Below the pieces are notes generated by a model, which was not told the origin of the DNA, did no database searches, and saw only the letters and a list, made by a program, of their open reading frames with translations. A program made the translations under genes and the position numbers. Of a stretch of DNA of 64,000 nt, positions 39,443 to 64,000 are shown in pieces. The stretch's first letter is position 1; the number at the start of each line of letters is the position of its first letter. The stretch covers positions 310,001-374,000 of the forward strand of contig JAQGDQ010000133.1 of the NCBI GenBank assembly GCA_030141605.1, given 5' to 3'. This DNA comes from Tubiluchus corallicola (lineage: Eukaryota; Animalia; Priapulida).

Positions 39443-39779
39443 AGTTATTACATAAAGCCGTAAAATACAAAGTTTTACTGTGTGTTAGCTCTGTCCAATA
39501 TCTGTAAATTAAACACATCGATTATTGTAATTACAGTTCTACCAAAAACATGACTTACTGTTTAAATCACAATTTAAATGATATCACGGAAACCTAGGCA
39601 AAATGCAGACAATCATTTATTTATAGTTGAATTCAAATTTATGAACACAGACATATAATAATTATATGCCCGTATTATTTATTGGTTTTCACAAATAGAA
39701 CCGTCACTGGTGATTGTTGAAAATGAACAGGTCTTCTATCGATTAAGGGTATTAATTGTAATTTGCGTAAATTGCAACA
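39443..39779. repeat. Dispersed repeat, copy 1 (copy 2 at 41399-41717)
   Basis: Shared blocks TTAGCTCTGTCC.ATATCT, AATTAAACACATCGATTA, TACTGTTTAAATCA and GGTATTAATTGTAATTTG.GTAAATTGCAAC. Confidence 0.85.
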
Positions 39780-40189
39780 CAGTCACTAAACGCTAGCTGG
39801 ATGGACGTAAAAAACCGAGCGTTTTCTGTGTGAAATAAACAAACATTTTTGCTGCAGGTTGTAGTGAAAAAACTTTTTTTTTCAGAAAATTTCTTCTTTG
39901 TGGAATAGGTCTTAATATAAAAAATGTTATTTCCCGTTTAAAAGTCACAAGTCTAGGCTGTCTACTTTACTAAATTCGGACTTTTTTGTTAATTTACACC
40001 AGGAAATTTATAAGGCTTGTGATTTGTTTCCAGACCATCAACCATTACATGTTGTTGTTGTTGAGTTCAAATCACGCAGGCGCTCAAAAGGCGATCATGT
40101 TGTAATGAACGTTCATTTATTGACGATGATCTTGTTAAAGGTTATCAGACTGAATCCTACTGCTGCTGTTACTGCTAATAGAGGATCTG

Positions 40190-40946
40190 AGTGAATTAAC
40201 TTTTCCAATCTGAATGCATTTTTATACTTCCTTTGTTATCCTGCACAAGAATTAATGATTGTTTAACTTACAAAATGTAATAAAACTTATAAATGTATAA
40301 TTGGATTTAGCTAGTACTAACTGCAGTTTTAATTTTAACATTTTTATAATTATACATTTCAACCATCATTTGACTGATAGAAAAAATTTGAAACCATTAT
40401 AGAATTATGAAATCATGGGATTAATTTTCAGAATTTTTCCAATGGCTATCTGCCGTGTGAAAGTCACTACGTAATTTTAGATATTAGGGGCTGATTTCCT
40501 AAACATGTTTACAATCTTATAAAGATATAAAAAATAAGCTGTAGTTACACTAACAACATGCACACCAACGTATGTGGACTTACAAATTGCTATGTATGTG
40601 ATTTGTGCAGGACGTAGTATAGCACATTGCTTCGCTTTTGTAACTGGAAATTCATTTAGCGCATCTTTTTTCCGTGTAACATTTGTTTATCGGTTATCCG
40701 TTGCTTTTCCATTTCCATTACCATCCTTCTTTTCCTTCCTTTTTTATCTCTAACCTTTTTGTCTTTTGTTTTTCTTTTTTTCCGAGGTGGTCTTGGCGAA
40801 GTGCAGCACTACGGCCATGCCAAGGTCGCCTCAGTCTAAACTGTTATTAGTAAGCATTAGTAACTTGCCGTATTCATGTGCATTTTTCTCACAGACTCAT
40901 TGTAAGTTTGTATTCAGAGTAATCATAAATAAATTAACTTGAAACT
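40190..40946 (+). mobile_element. Degenerate 3' end of an L2-group (Crack/Daphne-like) LINE
   Basis: NVCGLTNCYVCDLCRT* at 40567-40617 (C...NCY.C ORF2 terminus), pyrimidine-rich 3' UTR, GC hairpin at ~40785-40832, then AATAAA and an (AACTTG)-type tail at ~40928-40946. Confidence 0.55.
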
Positions 40947-41398
40947 TATTTATTACCGCTTGGCCTGTTAATTTCTGCTTGGCCCGCTTGGCCTACTAAG
41001 TTTAACGAATATAAGACATAATAAATAAAAATTTATTCGTATTCGTACAAATCTAAAATTAGTCCTCGGTCAATACGGAGTGTCCAGCAGACACTACACG
41101 CAGTAGCTATGATGTTAGTTACGCGATTTAAGAAGTAAAAAGTTTCAGTGCAATCCAATGGGGTAACGATACCCCTGCTCATTTGCACATAAAATACACG
41201 TTTTATTAGATCATTACAAAATTAATTTACCCGGGTAAAAGACAAATTATGTTTACCTGTCAATTTGTGAAACCCAGCCAATTAATTATATTATTTTGAG
41301 CTGCCATAACGTCAAATTAGTATTGTTTTTAAATACTGTTTTTCAAAAACAGGATTTTACAATAGACCGGTAGGCCGTAGCATGACACCATTAACACC

Positions 41399-41773
41399 AG
41401 TTATTCTGTAAAGTCATCAAGAACAAGGTTTTCACAGTGTCTTAGCTCTGTCCGATATCTTCTAATTAAACACATCGATTACTGTCATCATAACCTATTC
41501 AAAACATTACCTACTGTTTAAATCATAGTCAAAATGCAAACAATGTCATTTGTTTACAATTGAATTCACAGTTGTGAACGTAGATATAATAATAATTTCA
41601 TGCATGCATTATTTATTATTTTTCACGAATATAGCCATCACTTGTTAGTGATTACTTTGAAAATGAATAGGTCCTTTATTTATTAAGGTATTAATTGTAA
41701 TTTGTGTAAATTGCAACCTGCAAGCATTGAATGCTGGAGTATACTCGCCAAGGTCCCAAAGGCGCCGCCACTG
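41399..41773. repeat. Dispersed repeat, copy 2, ending in a hAT-like terminus GGCGCCGCCACTG
   Basis: Same orientation as and similar to 39443-39779; the 3' end resembles CAGTGGCGGC-type TIRs. Confidence 0.7.
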
Positions 41774-44700
41774 TCTCAAGTTGTTTTCTTTAATGTCATA
41801 ATTCATGGCGATATAATTTGAGTTTGCCAATAATAACCAGCGCGCGGATAACTGATCACACATTGAAGAGGGGTAATTTCAGCCGGGTCTTCTTTCTCTC
41901 TTGCCATTTTCAGCATAAAATTCTGGAGAAAGATGATTGATGGGACGTGTAGACTATGCTTCGCGTATTAACCAGTTTTGTTTTCGCGCTCGTAAACTTT
42001 CATTTACGCGCGGTTCTATTGAACATATAACCGGGCTAATTTGTTGGTAACGTTTTGCATCGCTCGTGGAGTGCATGCGTTTGTTATTAATATGACAGGT
42101 ATGAAGAGACGTTTTGTGGGAGGGTTTTATATAGCCTGATTTATACTCTAATTGAAAATTCAAGCTTTTAAGTTTGTTTGTTTAGTTGCTGTTGTGATCG
42201 AGTATCAAATTTATCAACATTACTTTTTGTCTTTTGATAATAAATTATAACTTTGATGCTCTTAAGTACAAACTTCAAAGTTTTCTTCATTCATAACGTG
42301 TTTGACTCTTGTGACGTGACGGTGGTGGTGGTGGTGGCAGTGGCAGTGGCGTTGGCGGTAGTACTGATAACGACGACAACGACGACGACGACGACGACAA
42401 AACATCAAACTACATTTACTTCAATTCTCATATGTACTAGCCAATTATAACGACTCGATATTTCACATGCATTTTGGTTGATGAAAAAGAAAGAGTAGTT
42501 CCGAATGTAATATTTTTGTGTTTTTAAGTAATTTTATTGTACGTATCTCTTTAATTCGAGATGTAAAAGGTAAAAACTGTTCAACAATTTGCCGTTTTTA
42601 TGTACAAGTATTCTGCTTCTAAATATACGAGAATGAGGTCTTTGAGAAGCTTACCTTTTCACAACAGTAAAGCAGAGATCATTAGTTGAAAGACCTACAA
42701 CTGGGTTTCAGTGTGACACCTAATTGATATGGCCGCCACATTTCCCGATGTGAAATTGTCAGGTAAGACCCGGAAAAAGAGAAAAGAGAGAACTGCGGTT
42801 TAGATCACCTCATTATGGAAGCTGAAAAAAAATCGTCTCACGAGAAACGGATTTCCGCTAGTGTCGTCATTAACTCTAAACAATTATTTTTATGATGACT
42901 TGGGGAAAAATGCTTTCCGTACAAAACTAATGCAGCGAGTATCATTTTACCTTAAACTACAGCTATACCATGGAGGCAATCATACCAAATTTTGTAGAAA
43001 GGATGTGTGCTATAAATGACATGGTTGTGTATTTATTTCTATAACTATAATTAATCAATTACTATTAGTGGGATTGAAGTTTAAAACAGAAGCTAATAAT
43101 TGGCAACCGAATTCGTGTGAACTTGTATGTAGGATTCGATTATAATGAGCGTGCGTCACGTGCTGTTTGCCGTGTGATGGATTGCGTTCTTAAATTCACT
43201 AGTTGTTCGAATAGTGCTTGTATGTCAACAGATTTTCGAAATAAATGTGATATTAAAGTATATTTTGTCGCCGTTGTCGCTGTCATTGTCATTGTCGTTG
43301 TTGTTGTTATATGCTGTTGCCATCTCTGTCACCATCACTGTAGCCATCAGTGTAGCTGTTGCTGTTACTGTCGCCTTTGCTGTTGGTGTTGTCGCTGTAT
43401 TGTTGTTGGCGTCTTGTCGCAGTTGCTTTTCAGTTGCAGAAACTTTTCGTGTGACCAGGAAGGCGTCTTTCTGTAATTTAAGCTATAAAAACTAATACAT
43501 ATGCTCTTTTATAAGTAGTGTAGCATAGTGTTCATTTTAAAGCAAAACAGTGCAGTAAACTTTGTTTTTGTCATTAAATCGAGCTGCAAGTTAAAATTGG
43601 TCTCAGCAACTTTAGAAAGTTCCTTGCAAATAAGATACCTATACTTTCTAGCTTAAAATCTACTTTTATTGCTTTATCTCTACAGAGTCAGCGAAATGCT
43701 GCTGTGAACAAAAATATCAGGAAGTAGCATTACTAAGTCATCTTTTATTATTTTAAAGCTCTGTTAAATGAATAAAATGGCTTTTAAACTGAAACCACTG
43801 AGCTCACAGCATTTTCTAGTAATTAAGAAGTTTACGTTATTCTAGCTAAAGCGTAAATGTGGTGATTTTTCCAACTACATGCATTCGTAAAGTGTAATAC
43901 AGTGGTGTCAACGATATTCACAAGTAATTCAAAACAATGCTTTTTTCTTCAGCTGTTTGTGCGGTTATAGTAATCAGGTTCATTGCTTTAAAGTGTTACT
44001 CACTTAGAGTTATAGGTCACGGGTTGTCTGGGATTACGAAGTTTTCACCTAGATTACTTTTTAAAGACATTATTTTGCTGTTTTTTAGCTCAAACATAAG
44101 GATTGTGATAGGACTATCTGGGCTGCTTTACACACAATTCCATATTATCACGGAAAACTATTTTACGCCTCTCTTGTTTATTATTCACAGAATAGAATTA
44201 AGATCCCCATCGCTGCATGATACTAGTAGTTAGCTTATCACTGTACATCACCTTGTGACGCTTTTCCGGGTCTCGGTTCTCGTATAACCTTGGGCCAATG
44301 CATTTTATAGGCTGTTAATTTACTGTAAAATTTACGCCATACTGTACATTACGCCGTCTAGAAACTCTCCCAGGCCACCGCTTTTTATCATTTGCGAAAA
44401 AAACATTTCTTTACTTACTTATTGTTTGCGTCAATTGCTCTTTCCTTCTCCTTTGTGAATCTCATTAGCAATTGGCCGATTTTACACAAGGCACCTGAGT
44501 TATTTAAGCGAAACCATAACCCACGCTCAGTGCATCAGTTATAGATGTAGGTCTATGTTTCATAAAAAGTCTATGGCTTTAGCGCAACTACCACGATGAT
44601 TGGAACTGCACTTTCATTAGTTTAAAAGGTTTTTGCAAGGGAGAAGGTCAAAGAGACGCTTTACATTTATTCTCTTTGCGACTTTGGCGTAGGTACGAAG

Positions 44701-45625
44701 GTAAGAAATAATAAAATGTCGCAGTAAAACAGATTTTGTGAATAATAAACAGATTTCTCCAGCCTGCGTGCTGGCTCATCTATGAGGGAAAATAAAAACA
44801 AATTCATGAATTTTATAGTAGTGCAATTTTGCAAAGATAATGAGGAGAAAGCACGCAAACCGCTTCCTATTTAATTTATTGGGGTTATTGGGTGTCATTT
44901 TTACGGTAGTAAACGTACGCCCCTTTGAAAGTATGAATGAATTACGCGAACGTGTAAACGGGAAATTTTATGCACGTGGAATTTTCAGGTTTTACAATAT
45001 TGACAAAGTTTCAGTAGGTTGAGTATCCTGTAAAAACAAATGCGGATTGCAGGAGTAAAGTTAAAAAGCTTAATTATTTTGTGATGTTTAAACTACAGTT
45101 GTTAGTGGACGATATAAAGATTTCAAACACAGCAAGTACTCGATGCTCTGCAAATAGGGATCCGGCATTTGTGGGAAGGCACACTACTATTATTTATTAG
45201 TTGGGGCGGGACCGGAAACTAGGTCATTAATATGGATGGTTCTGTAAAATGAAACATTGAATAGGCAGACGTGACTTAGCCACATTCTGTACATTTGGAT
45301 AGATCGAGGAAAATACGCATAGAGACTGTTTCGCTGAAACTCCCCAAAAGTAGTTTTCCTAGTGATCCATGAACAAACGAGGCTTAATGTTGCTTGACTG
45401 TCAGGACCAAGCACACACTGTGACCACTCAACTATTTATACGCCCATTTAGAGTCACATGTAAAATATATTCGTTTCATGCAGCAAATAAAAATTACGAT
45501 TAGCTATCTTAGCTCTAGAAAACCTCATTCTGAAATGGTTAATCCACCGGTTTAAGAGATAATCGTAGACTGTCTGACTAGTATGTTGTATGAGTGACAC
45601 CAGTATAATTACTTTCTTCTTGCAG

Positions 45626-63632
<18,007 letters not shown>

Positions 63633-63706
63633 TGTTTCAGCCTAGCTACTTTCACAATAACTTTAATGAGAAAAATCATTAAAAATTAACAACGAATTCA
63701 TGACAG

Positions 63707-63749
<43 letters not shown>

Positions 63750-63790
63750 GGTGATTGTGATAGGGAGAACAACAACAACAACAATAATAA
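63707..63790. repeat. (GAT)n and (AAC)n microsatellites
   Basis: Read directly. Confidence 0.92.
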
Positions 63791-64000
63791 TGCGTCTTTT
63801 AAGTCAGAGATAGCTTTGAGATCAGTAATTAAGACATAGTTCAAAATTTTATATTACTGCAGCCATTAAGTTTGTTTTATCACAACTTTTGCGGAAGATG
63901 CTCTCAGGACATTCAGCCATCGCTTCCTAAATGTCCGTAGTTTGGACAGTATCAATTTGCAACTTCTCTCTTTATAAGATAACTTGATATTCTTAGGTAC

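Noticed and set aside
42729-42762. ATG...CAG/GTAAGA strong donor as a candidate GABBR2 first exon
   Set aside because: MAATFPDVKLS(G) has no signal peptide and ends in phase 1, incompatible with the phase-0 acceptor at 45626.
44629-44700. 72-nt AG...AAG/GTAAGA segment (VFAREKVKETLYIYSLCDFGVGTK) as a candidate exon
   Set aside because: Poor acceptor, an in-frame stop immediately upstream, and similarity limited to LYI.

Overview
AT-rich eukaryotic (invertebrate animal) genomic DNA, not prokaryotic; most entries in the ORF track are microsatellite artefacts or chance ORFs. The one well-supported gene is an intron-rich GABA-B receptor subunit 2 (GABBR2 / GABA-B-R2, class C GPCR) on the + strand. 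I reconstructed 17 coding exons by hand between 45626 and about 63632, all with GT-AG introns and compatible phases, giving a 2418-nt reading frame (805 aa plus stop): Venus flytrap domain, 7TM, coiled coil and C-tail. I could not find the first coding exon (signal peptide and first VFT strand/helix), so the first ~45 kb is probably a very large first intron or upstream intergenic DNA. That region and the introns hold many microsatellites, non-autonomous DNA transposons (hAT-like, pogo-like, fold-back, Kolobok-like, Helentron/HINE-like), LINE 3' ends and tRNA-derived Pol III repeats. The most unusual items are a solo-LTR-like element carrying a tRNA-Thr-like cassette in an intron, a degenerate hammerhead-ribozyme core, nested transposons, a possible GC-AG donor in the last exon and a candidate alternative N-terminal exon. 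I found no convincing evidence of a wholly new biological system.
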